Below, one piece after another: positions 7,889 through 16,422 of a stretch of 26,336 nt of DNA. This stretch comes from a virus (taxonomy: Duplodnaviria; Caudoviricetes). Location of the stretch: positions 1 to 26,336 of IMG/VR virus record IMGVR_UViG_3300048109_000311; one strand, 5' to 3'. A program made the translations under genes and the position numbers. Below the pieces are notes generated by a model. That model searched no databases. It saw only the letters and a program-made list of their open reading frames with translations, and was not told the DNA's origin. Position 1 is the stretch's first letter, and each line of letters opens with the position of its first letter.

Positions 7889-8410
7889 GTGGAAATAATA
7901 TATAAGAAAATAGATGATTTGATGCCGTATGCTATGAATCAAAAAGAGCATCCACAGGAGCAAATAGAAAAAATAGCGAATAGCTTAAATCAGTTTGGCT
8001 TTAAACAGCCTATAGTAATAGATATAAACAATGAAATAATTGTAGGACATGGAAGATTTGAAGGTGCTAAAAAATTAAACTTGCAAGAAGTGCCATGCTT
8101 AATAGCCAATGATTTGTCTAGTGCAGAAATAAAAGCTTATAGACTCGCAGATAACAAACTAAATGAATCAGATTGGAATGAGGATTTTGTTAATCTAGAA
8201 TTACAAGTGCTAGATGATCTAAATTTTAATTATAGTGATTTGATGGAGTTTAATTTTGATTTAGAAGATGAAGAAATTGATGATGATTTTTTTGAAGATG
8301 ATATAAAAGAAGATACAGACAAAATAAAACTAAGCGTAGAGTGTGCGAATGACACAGATAAGCAACAGTTAAAAGAAGAATTACTAAGTAGGGGATACAT
8401 ATGTCAATAA
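7889..8410 (+). CDS. ParB N-terminal (ParB/Srx) domain protein
   Basis: QIEKIANSLNQFGFKQPIVID, IIVGHGR, AYRLADNKLNE.DW; acidic C-terminal part. Confidence 0.88.
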   Translation: MEIIYKKIDDLMPYAMNQKEHPQEQIEKIANSLNQFGFKQPIVIDINNEIIVGHGRFEGAKKLNLQEVPCLIANDLSSAEIKAYRLADNKLNESDWNEDFVNLELQVLDDLNFNYSDLMEFNFDLEDEEIDDDFFEDDIKEDTDKIKLSVECANDTDKQQLKEELLSRGYICQ

Positions 8411-9342
8411 CAGGGTTAGGAATGCCTTATATGGGCAGTAAAAGAAAGTTAGCACCCAAGATACTAACTCACATAATAAAAGAGAATCCAAAGGCAAAAT
8501 ATTTTTATGATTTATTTGGTGGAGGTGGTAGTGTTTCAATGATGGCTTTACAAGTAAAACAATTTAAAGAATGTCACTATAACGAATATAATCCTGCAAT
8601 AGCTAATCTATTAAAATATATTGTTGGAAATGGAATAACAGATGATATGTACAAATGGGTAAGTAGAGATGAATTCGAAAAAAATAAAAATAGAACTGAT
8701 TGGTATGGTGGATTATTAAAAACAGTTTGGAGTTTTGGGAATAACCAAAATACATATTTATTTGGGAAAGACTTAGAATCAGATAAAAAAATACTTCACA
8801 GGATAGTGGTAGATAATAGAATCGAGTATATAGAAAAATTCAAAAAAAAGTTCGGGTTCGATTTTAATTGTAATACTATACATAATACCTTAAAAGAAAA
8901 AGACATTGAAACAAGAAGAACAATAATAGCGAGAATTATAAAGAGTAAAAACAATAGATCCGACATACAACAGTTAGAGAGATTACAACAGTTAGAGAGA
9001 TTACAACAGTTGCAACAATTAACACAACTTGAACAACTTTCAAGGATTGAACAACTTTCAATTACAAATTTATCTTATGAGCAAGTAGAAATAAACACCC
9101 CAATAGAGGAAACTATACTTTATCTTGACCCACCGTACAAAAATACTGCAGGTTATAATAAGGTTATTGATTTTAATAAGCTAAAATATTTCATAGATAA
9201 CAGCCCGTATAAAATATACTTGAGTGAATATAATAATACCTATGATATGAAATTGGTTAAACAGTATAAGCATAGAGGTTTATTAAGTGGAAGGGCTAAT
9301 AATGAAGTTATCGAAAAGCTATTTTGCAATAAGGGAAGATAG
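8401..9342 (+). CDS. DNA N6-adenine methyltransferase (Dam/D12-like, alpha class)
   Basis: PYMGSKRKL (motif X), YDLFGGGGSV (motif I), YLDPPY (motif IV); QQLERL repeats. Confidence 0.88.
   Translation: MSITGLGMPYMGSKRKLAPKILTHIIKENPKAKYFYDLFGGGGSVSMMALQVKQFKECHYNEYNPAIANLLKYIVGNGITDDMYKWVSRDEFEKNKNRTDWYGGLLKTVWSFGNNQNTYLFGKDLESDKKILHRIVVDNRIEYIEKFKKKFGFDFNCNTIHNTLKEKDIETRRTIIARIIKSKNNRSDIQQLERLQQLERLQQLQQLTQLEQLSRIEQLSITNLSYEQVEINTPIEETILYLDPPYKNTAGYNKVIDFNKLKYFIDNSPYKIYLSEYNNTYDMKLVKQYKHRGLLSGRANNEVIEKLFCNKGR
8966..9060 (+). repeat. in-frame tandem repeats encoding QQLERL/EQL
   Basis: 18-bp unit ACAACAGTTAGAGAGATT twice, then degenerate CAACAGTT/GAACAACTTTCA units. Confidence 0.8.
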
Positions 9343-9837
9343 ATGCCAAGACCAAGTAAATACAACTGGGAAGCAATAAAAGAAGCTTATGAAGGCGGAC
9401 TAGATGTTAAAGATATTTCTAATAAATTCAATCTTGAAGTTAAAAAAATAAATGAACGAGCAAAGCTTAAAAAATGGATAGTAAAAGACCTTATAAACAA
9501 CGATATAAACGAGTTTAAGACCACTATTAAAAAAACGGTCGAAAACGGTATTAAACATCAAGATGTAGAAGAAATGTTTTATGATAAAATTAATACAATA
9601 ATAGAAGACAATGAAATAATAGGCAACAATAGAAAGTTAGCAAAAGCATTTCAAGGATTAATATTAAGTGGTGTAAGGTCGAAGACTATGTTTAAGACAG
9701 CACAAGACATTAAGTCGGGAGTTAGTAGCTTAAAAGATATTGAATCAATGTCTAATCCAAGCGTAAGTAATAAAGTTGAGTTTAATAATGCTAATATGCA
9801 GCAGAATAATACACAAATTGAAATAGTAGTGGAGTAG
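9343..9837 (+). CDS. terS: terminase small subunit
   Basis: N-terminal HTH (NWEAIKEAYEGG...ISNKFNL...RAKLKKW); directly upstream of TerL. Confidence 0.75.
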   Translation: MPRPSKYNWEAIKEAYEGGLDVKDISNKFNLEVKKINERAKLKKWIVKDLINNDINEFKTTIKKTVENGIKHQDVEEMFYDKINTIIEDNEIIGNNRKLAKAFQGLILSGVRSKTMFKTAQDIKSGVSSLKDIESMSNPSVSNKVEFNNANMQQNNTQIEIVVE

Positions 9838-9875
9838 AGAATGGAGTTATATTTCAACACAAGGAGGTCTCCCAA

Positions 9876-11114
9876 ATGAAAATTAGTTTAAATCAAAAAC
9901 AGATGAATTTTTTAAAATCAACTGCGATAAATACTGGTTTTTGTGGAGGACTTGGTAGTGGCAAATCTTATGTAGCTACACTTAAAACAATCATAAAGAA
10001 AATTAAACACCCTGAGCTTACAGTAGCTTATTATTTACCTACTTATGGACTAATTAGAGATATTGCTTTTGATAAATTCCCTACTATGCTTAGTGATATG
10101 GGGTATACTTATAAGCTTAATAAATCAGATAAAGAAATTCATATCGATAACTTTGGTAAAATCATATTTAGATCAATGGATAATCCCGAAACAATCGTTG
10201 GATATGAAGTATTTTATTCAATCATAGATGAGTGTGATATTCTAAACCTTGATAAAATGTCAATAGCATATAACAAGATAATGGCAAGGAATAGGCAAAA
10301 ATGTCCTAATGGTACTATTAATCAAATTGATGTAGCTTCAACTCCTGAGGGCTTCAAATGGTTCTATCAAAGATATGTAAAAGAGTTCAACAAAGAAACT
10401 GATTTATTAGTAAGGGCTTCAACTTATGATAATAAACATTTACCTGCTACATATATACAAGGTTTAGAACAACAGTACCCACCAAATTTATTAAAAGCTT
10501 ACCTGATGGGTGAGTTTGTAAATCTAACAAGTGGAGTAGTATATAATTACTTCGACAGAAATAAGCATCATACAGATAGGGAAATATTACCTAATGATGT
10601 TCTTCATATTGGTCAAGATTTTAATGTTGGTGGTTGTTGTGGTCGTGTTCATGTAATAGACAATGGAATACCAAAATTAGTTGATGAGTATTCAGTACAT
10701 GATACACAAAATATAATATTACATTTACAAGATAGATATTCAAAACATAAGATAATTATATACCCTGATGCTTCAGGAGATAGCAATAAAACCAATTCAA
10801 GCAAAACGGATATAAGACTTTTAAAAGATGCAGGATATACAATAGATGCACCATTAGAAAACCCAATGGTTAAAGATAGAGTTAATACAGTCAATAATAA
10901 GTTTTACAAAGATGAGTATTTTGTTAATACTGATAAGTGTCCTGATTCAGCACAAGGATTCGAACAACAAGCCTATGATAAAAACGGAGTTCCTGAGAAA
11001 TTTGATAGAGCTAATACTGTAGATGATAGTAATGATGCAATAGGATATTTTATACATAGAAGATTTAGGATAGACAGGTCAATAGTTAAAGAAGGTGTAA
11101 ACCCTTTTAACTAG
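9876..11114 (+). CDS. terL: terminase large subunit
   Basis: Walker A GGLGSGKS, Walker B SIIDE, STPEG, RNase H-like GQDFN, YPDASG and DDSNDAIGY. Confidence 0.95.
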   Translation: MKISLNQKQMNFLKSTAINTGFCGGLGSGKSYVATLKTIIKKIKHPELTVAYYLPTYGLIRDIAFDKFPTMLSDMGYTYKLNKSDKEIHIDNFGKIIFRSMDNPETIVGYEVFYSIIDECDILNLDKMSIAYNKIMARNRQKCPNGTINQIDVASTPEGFKWFYQRYVKEFNKETDLLVRASTYDNKHLPATYIQGLEQQYPPNLLKAYLMGEFVNLTSGVVYNYFDRNKHHTDREILPNDVLHIGQDFNVGGCCGRVHVIDNGIPKLVDEYSVHDTQNIILHLQDRYSKHKIIIYPDASGDSNKTNSSKTDIRLLKDAGYTIDAPLENPMVKDRVNTVNNKFYKDEYFVNTDKCPDSAQGFEQQAYDKNGVPEKFDRANTVDDSNDAIGYFIHRRFRIDRSIVKEGVNPFN

Positions 11115-11317
11115 CCTTTAGTCACTAAGAGCGATTGCAATTCATTTATCTCTTCATTTAGAGATAAATTATCCATCATGATTTTATCATAGTCTAAAGT
11201 AATTATTTTATGATAAGCTATTTCCAGCACCATATTTTGCTCTTTTAAATTACTAGGCTTATGCTCTAAAAGCTCTTTAGTAATTATATGCTTGAATTCC
11301 TCTAATGTTATTTTCAT
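11111..11317 (-). CDS. hypothetical protein (antisense island 1)
   Basis: TAATG-coupled to the upstream minus-strand gene; stop overlaps the TerL stop. Confidence 0.65.
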   Translation of the reverse strand: MKITLEEFKHIITKELLEHKPSNLKEQNMVLEIAYHKIITLDYDKIMMDNLSLNEEINELQSLLVTKG

Positions 11318-11556
11318 TATTTACCCTTTAAAGCATCGCTGCAATGTTCAATTAAATCAATTAAATTTTCTTTACTCATATCTTTAACCATACAAGCTAA
11401 GAACCCACTTGTTTTAAAATCAATATCAGCTTTAAACTCAGCAACAACAAAAGCTTCATTTGTTTCTATGTTTACGTTTACTTCTTTGATATTCATATAA
11501 TCGGTCATGTCATAATTACGAAAGTAGATACAATTATTCTTTATTTTAAATGGCAT
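11317..11556 (-). CDS. hypothetical protein (antisense island 1)
   Basis: AGGA RBS; overlapped operon arrangement. Confidence 0.7.
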   Translation of the reverse strand: MPFKIKNNCIYFRNYDMTDYMNIKEVNVNIETNEAFVVAEFKADIDFKTSGFLACMVKDMSKENLIDLIEHCSDALKGK

Positions 11557-11788
11557 AAACTTCCTTTATGTCTTTAATCCTATTCCCTAGAAAATCGCAG
11601 TATTCAATATTTGTTCTGATTTCTTCTCTTTTTACAGATTTACCATCTGATAACTTATATAAAATTCTTATCTGCTCCGTGTAATAAGCATTTATAAATA
11701 TTTCTATAATAATCTTTTCCACTTTATACTCTTCATGTTCAACAAAAACAGTATCATCTACATTAACATCTATTGTGTCAATAATCAT
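11546..11788 (-). CDS. hypothetical protein (antisense island 1)
   Basis: minus-strand TATAAT at 11812-11807 and AAGGA RBS at 11798-11794. Confidence 0.75.
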   Translation of the reverse strand: MIIDTIDVNVDDTVFVEHEEYKVEKIIIEIFINAYYTEQIRILYKLSDGKSVKREEIRTNIEYCDFLGNRIKDIKEVYAI

Positions 11789-11871
11789 TTAAATCCTTTT
11801 TATTTAATTATACTAAAACCTCAACCTTAAACCAAAGAAAAGCCCAAAAAATACTAAATAATTTAATCTAA

Positions 11872-11902
11872 TGTTACGAACCTACCCAAAATATGCTATA
11901 AT
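11872..11902 (+). promoter_or_regulatory. putative late promoter 1
   Basis: TGTTAC-gaacc-TACCCA-aaata-TGc-TATAAT. Confidence 0.8.
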
Positions 11903-11920
11903 AAAGGAAAAAGTAAATTT

Positions 11921-12478
11921 ATGAGTAGTTTTAATGTTTGGAAAGATATATATAATAGATTAAGAAATGCTAAACTCCTTTTAGGAAGTGATAACATTGT
12001 GCCCATGATAACCAAAGCACGAGGTGTCACAACTGATGAAGCATCACTATTGGTTAGAAAAAGTATCTCAATATCAACAACCGAAACGATATTAGTATCA
12101 CTAAAAAATCAAAGCGCCAACAGAACAATAGTTTTAAGTACACTAACTCTCCATGACTTAGGAAATAAATCAATGGATATAGCAATATACAAGAATGGCA
12201 TAACTGGTGCTACTTTTAATCAATGGTGTATTAATAAAATAGGACATATCGCAACAGATGGAACACTAAATTTAACATCTAACACAGTTTCAGGAATAAC
12301 CAAAATAGAAGAACAAGTAGATAGCAACATCTTAGCCAAAGATGAAAAAGAAAGAATAAATCTACATGATGGAGATATCCAAATAGAAGCAAGTCCAAAC
12401 GATATTATAACTATCACAGCTACCGCAATCGGTGGAGCAACTACAGCAACAATTAACTTAAGATGGAGAACATTATAA
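11921..12478 (+). CDS. beta-rich hypothetical protein, probably virion-associated
   Basis: first gene after late promoter 1, just before portal; T/I/S-rich. Confidence 0.65.
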   Translation: MSSFNVWKDIYNRLRNAKLLLGSDNIVPMITKARGVTTDEASLLVRKSISISTTETILVSLKNQSANRTIVLSTLTLHDLGNKSMDIAIYKNGITGATFNQWCINKIGHIATDGTLNLTSNTVSGITKIEEQVDSNILAKDEKERINLHDGDIQIEASPNDIITITATAIGGATTATINLRWRTL

Positions 12479-12479
12479 A

Positions 12480-13814
12480 ATGACATACCCTCAGCCTATA
12501 GATGAATATATAGCTCATCAAGAACAAATACAAGCAGTAAACAATATTTACAATGGTTCAGACTCATCTGTAGTTTATTTAGATAAATACGGTCGTGAAG
12601 AAGATGAAGTATTTAATACTAGAAAGAAAAGAGCTACATTAAACAACTATGTTAAAAGAGCTATTGAAACTAGAAAAAATATCATCTTTAGAAAACCAAT
12701 CACTATTGAAACTAAAAATACTCAACTAGAAGAATTAGTTAAAAATATAGATATCAAAGGCACTAGCTTAAATGAGTTTCTAAAAGAGTGTGCAGTATCA
12801 GCAGACAAAGACGGTTATGTATTTGCAATTACAGATACACCAATAGCAAATGAAGAAATTAAATCAATAGCTGATGAAAAGAAAAACAATATAAGACCAT
12901 ATGCTACTATGATTAAGCGAAATGATGTAATTTACTGGAGAAAAGACTCATTTGGTAATTTTACAGTTATTGCATATTTAGAAAGCTATGAAGAAAATGA
13001 CGGTACTACTTTTGGGTTTAAAGTCAAACAACAAATTAAAGTATTATTTGATACTGGTACTGTTCAAATATATAGAGATAATGAACTATATGACACTTTT
13101 GACAAATCAGTAAAACAAATCACTATTAAACAACTAGGTAGCCAAAAAATACCTATGTTCTATGATATGGCTAAAGATACTATTATCGCATTAAATAGGG
13201 AAAGCGAAAAACAATCATACTTAAGACAATCTTTAGTTGCTGTACCACTTTTATGGAGAGATACACCTCCTGATTCAGAGAGCAAAGTAGTTGTAGGCTT
13301 AAATAATGGTTTTGTATTTGGTAATAAAACAACTGAGGACTTCCAAATTAGAGAAGTTTCGGGAAATAACTACAAAATAGCACAAGAAGAACTAAATGAA
13401 ATTACTAAAAAGATAGAATTAGATTCGATTAAATTCGCTACAGAATCAACTGGGAATAAAACAGCATACGAGGTTTCAAAAGATGCTACGGTAGATGAAG
13501 CCAAGCTAAGCGATAGAGCTATTCAGATAGAAGAGTTCGCAAATGGCATTCTCCAAGACTTTAACCTGTTAAAAACCGATTTAAATCTAAGTGAAGATGA
13601 TAAAGTAATAGTTAATAAAGACTTTTCTACTAATAAGTTATCGCATGAACAGGCTAGAATGCTGCAGGAATTATATCTTAATGAGATTATATCTTGGGAT
13701 AGAATTATATCAGCATTAGAAGATGGAGAGATTTTAAAAGTATTATCATCAGATGAAAGAGAAGTTGAGAAAACTAATTTAAGTAATTCATCTTTAGGGA
13801 GTGATTTAGAATAA
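12480..13814 (+). CDS. portal protein (DUF4055-like)
   Basis: YL....RE..EVFN.R..RA.L.NY, IFRKP, NID.KGTSLNEF, RPY, KTA.E; position after TerL. Confidence 0.85.
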   Translation: MTYPQPIDEYIAHQEQIQAVNNIYNGSDSSVVYLDKYGREEDEVFNTRKKRATLNNYVKRAIETRKNIIFRKPITIETKNTQLEELVKNIDIKGTSLNEFLKECAVSADKDGYVFAITDTPIANEEIKSIADEKKNNIRPYATMIKRNDVIYWRKDSFGNFTVIAYLESYEENDGTTFGFKVKQQIKVLFDTGTVQIYRDNELYDTFDKSVKQITIKQLGSQKIPMFYDMAKDTIIALNRESEKQSYLRQSLVAVPLLWRDTPPDSESKVVVGLNNGFVFGNKTTEDFQIREVSGNNYKIAQEELNEITKKIELDSIKFATESTGNKTAYEVSKDATVDEAKLSDRAIQIEEFANGILQDFNLLKTDLNLSEDDKVIVNKDFSTNKLSHEQARMLQELYLNEIISWDRIISALEDGEILKVLSSDEREVEKTNLSNSSLGSDLE

Positions 13815-14002
13815 TGCATAAAGAAGGCAAATTTAAAAAGAATAAGACACTAGAAGTAGGAAAGTCAACGGGAAGAGATATAGAGTTAAACCGTGAGCAT
13901 CAAAAAGCTGATCATGTAGACATTTATATGAGTGCGAATGACCTATGGAAATATGAAGATGAATTCTTAAAAAAAGAAAAGAAGAATAATGACTCTAAAT
14001 GA
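13814..14002 (+). CDS. hypothetical protein
   Basis: TAATG coupling to portal, GGGAG RBS. Confidence 0.55.
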   Translation: MHKEGKFKKNKTLEVGKSTGRDIELNREHQKADHVDIYMSANDLWKYEDEFLKKEKKNNDSK

Positions 14003-14999
14003 TTATAATCTAGCGTCATCAACACTATTAGACCAATACAAGTCACAAGGCTACTCAGATTATATCTCAGCTTTAAAACTTGCATTAGTTCAAATTGAAT
14101 TAGCTATATTAAAAACTAACGGTCAATGGACAAAGTCAAAGAAAAGAGAAATAAAAAAGCTTATTGAAATAGAGATAGCTAAGTCATATGGTGGATTATT
14201 TCAAACAATAGCAGATGAAAGCACACAAATTGCAACAGTTACTTATGCAGGTGCTATGAGCTTAATAGGTATGGAAAAAACAATCAACACAAGTGTAATA
14301 AAAGATTTAATATCAAGCACAAGAGAAATCCAAGGTAATTACGATATTAAAAAGAATAAAGTGTCCAGGTATGAGTTTAAAGACTTATTTCAGCTACAAG
14401 AAAAACAAGCTCATGATTTAAAAAAGATTATTGCAGGAAGTGAAGCACAAAGAAAGACAGTACAACAAATAGTACAAGATATTAGAGTTGCAAGTAAAAT
14501 ATCAGCCAAGACACTTAAAAAGAATGTGTTTACAGTTTTAGCAGATAGTAGAAGCAAAGTAATATATGATTCTTATAAAGAAATAGAAAAAGCAGGTCTT
14601 GATGTATATTATGAGCATTTATCTGTATTAGATCAAAACACAAGTAGAACTTGCAAGGAATTAGATGGAAGAAAGTATTATCTAGCATTAGAAGAAATAC
14701 CACCTTATTTAAGACCTCCCATTCATATTTCGTGCAGGAGTCAATTACAACAACTAATTAAAGGCGAAGATTATAAAGGCTTAAGAAGCTCAGCATTTGG
14801 AGCAGTACCAAGTGATATTAAATATCCTGATTGGTTTAAAACTTTATCAGATGATAATCAGAAAATGTTTCTAGGTAAAAAAAGATATGACCTTTACAAA
14901 AGAGGTGCATATAAAATAAACTCACTCCCTGATGTATCAAATGCAAGAGAAATTAATCTTAGTACTTTTGAAAGCAATATTAATAAAATAGCTAAATAA
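13989..14999 (+). CDS. head morphogenesis protein (SPP1 gp7/Mu gpF-like)
   Basis: SVLDQNTSRTCKELDG, PPIHISCRS, YPDWF...QKMFLG..RY.LY. Confidence 0.88.
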   Translation: MTLNDYNLASSTLLDQYKSQGYSDYISALKLALVQIELAILKTNGQWTKSKKREIKKLIEIEIAKSYGGLFQTIADESTQIATVTYAGAMSLIGMEKTINTSVIKDLISSTREIQGNYDIKKNKVSRYEFKDLFQLQEKQAHDLKKIIAGSEAQRKTVQQIVQDIRVASKISAKTLKKNVFTVLADSRSKVIYDSYKEIEKAGLDVYYEHLSVLDQNTSRTCKELDGRKYYLALEEIPPYLRPPIHISCRSQLQQLIKGEDYKGLRSSAFGAVPSDIKYPDWFKTLSDDNQKMFLGKKRYDLYKRGAYKINSLPDVSNAREINLSTFESNINKIAK

Positions 15000-15010
15000 G
15001 CTGTTTTATT
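14982..15010. terminator. bidirectional terminator-like hairpin
   Basis: AATAAAATAGCT-aaata-AGCTGTTTTATT at the junction of convergent genes. Confidence 0.55.
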
Positions 15011-15016
15011 CTTAAA

Positions 15017-15352
15017 TTACCCTTCCCATTTTTTTAACAAATTTCTTGCATAGGCTCGAATATCTTCTCTTTTTTCTTTGTCCGATAATAACTGCTTAAT
15101 ATCCGTTGATAATTCTTGAGCTAATTTATTAGATACTTTATCTGCAAGGTCTTTTTCTAAATTTTCAGCCATATGGTGCTTTACTTTTTCTTTGTCTACT
15201 TTTTCCCACACACTAGCAAAAAAATCGTTTGGAACTTGAAATTTACTCTGATAAGGTATAGAAACCCCCTCATCCAAATGTTTAATAATTGCTTTTGTAG
15301 CACTTTTTACCATTTGCTCGCTTAATTCTTTTACCATATTTTCTGTATTCAT
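15017..15352 (-). CDS. hypothetical helical protein (antisense island 2)
   Basis: minus-strand TGgTATAGT (15390-15382) and AAAGGATTAGAAATATG, same context as early genes. Confidence 0.75.
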   Translation of the reverse strand: MNTENMVKELSEQMVKSATKAIIKHLDEGVSIPYQSKFQVPNDFFASVWEKVDKEKVKHHMAENLEKDLADKVSNKLAQELSTDIKQLLSDKEKREDIRAYARNLLKKWEG

Positions 15353-15399
15353 ATTTCTAATCCTTTAAATTAAATTACTCAACTATACCAAAACCCACA

Positions 15400-15477
15400 A
15401 AAAACATCAATAATATTAAACTTTTTAATAAAAAACCATTCTAACTGTTACTAACCTACCCAAAATATGATATAATA
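15400..15477 (+). promoter_or_regulatory. putative late promoter 2 (78-bp direct repeat, copy 1)
   Basis: TGTTAC 15446, TATAAT 15471; 5 mismatches to 15573-15650. Confidence 0.8.
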
Positions 15478-15482
15478 TCATT

Positions 15483-15566
15483 GTATTAGTACTATGATTA
15501 GCAATTAATTATAGTTTCAACTATAAGTAGAAACTTAAGCCAATAAGTATCTACTTTCTTTTTTTT
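15483..15566 (+). ncRNA. candidate small non-coding RNA
   Basis: own promoter, hairpin 15509-15526, terminator hairpin 15525-15556 + T8; only ATG gives MISN*. Confidence 0.5.
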
Positions 15567-15572
15567 AAACCT

Positions 15573-15650
15573 AAAAACATCAATAATATTAAACTTTTTA
15601 ATAAAAAACTAATCTAAGTGTTACCAACTTACCCAAAATATGATATAATA
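15573..15650 (+). promoter_or_regulatory. putative late promoter 3 (78-bp direct repeat, copy 2)
   Basis: TGTTAC 15619, TATAAT 15644; upstream of scaffold/capsid. Confidence 0.8.
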
Positions 15651-15676
15651 AGTAAATTTAAATTGGAGTATTTAAA

Positions 15677-16411
15677 ATGTTAGAAGATATTATTAAAGAA
15701 TTATCGGACGATAATCATGTTGCCTATATTAAAGGCTTAGACGAAAAAGCTCAAAATGTGGATATATTAACTACTAAAGTCAATGACTTAGAAAATGAAT
15801 CTAATACATTTAAAAACAAAGCTCAGGATGCAATTGAGAGCAGAGATAAGGTCAAGGCACTTATTAAAAATGAATTAGGTATTACAGAAATTAGCGGTGA
15901 GAGCTTAAGAGAAATAGCAAACAATAAAGGCACTAAAGGAGATGAAAAACTTTTAGCAGAAATTGAAAACTATAAATCTCAAATGGAAAGCATATCAAAT
16001 GACCATAAGTCTAAAGAGAGTGAATACATTTCGCAGATTAGAGATTTAAAGCTAGGATCAACTTTATCTGATTTAGTTAATTCATCTAATATAATTGATG
16101 ATAAAACAGCTAGAGCAGATGCAATGAATATTGTTAAATCACAGTTAAGCTATGATGACAATAACAATCCAGTATTTAAAAATGAAGATGGTACTACTAA
16201 ATTTAATAGTAACGGTCAAGCATATACTATTCAAGATGGGATTAATGATTTGATATCAAGCAGACCATATTTAGCAAAGCCAACAACGGAAAGTGGTGCA
16301 GGAACTCAGGGAAACCAACAACCGCAAACACCACCAGTTAATCAAGTTGCACAAGATGCAAAACAAAAAGGCGACTTAAACGGTTTTTTAAGTGCTTCAA
16401 TACAAAAATAA
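15677..16411 (+). CDS. capsid scaffolding protein
   Basis: coiled-coil body, RPYLAK...SGAG C-terminal motif; directly before the capsid gene. Confidence 0.75.
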   Translation: MLEDIIKELSDDNHVAYIKGLDEKAQNVDILTTKVNDLENESNTFKNKAQDAIESRDKVKALIKNELGITEISGESLREIANNKGTKGDEKLLAEIENYKSQMESISNDHKSKESEYISQIRDLKLGSTLSDLVNSSNIIDDKTARADAMNIVKSQLSYDDNNNPVFKNEDGTTKFNSNGQAYTIQDGINDLISSRPYLAKPTTESGAGTQGNQQPQTPPVNQVAQDAKQKGDLNGFLSASIQK

Positions 16412-16422
16412 GGAAAATATAA

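Noticed and set aside
15477-15530. Insert as a CRISPR repeat/mini-array, tRNA or dif-like recombination site
   Set aside because: Single copy, no spacers, no cloverleaf; any resemblance is too weak in AT-rich DNA without a search.
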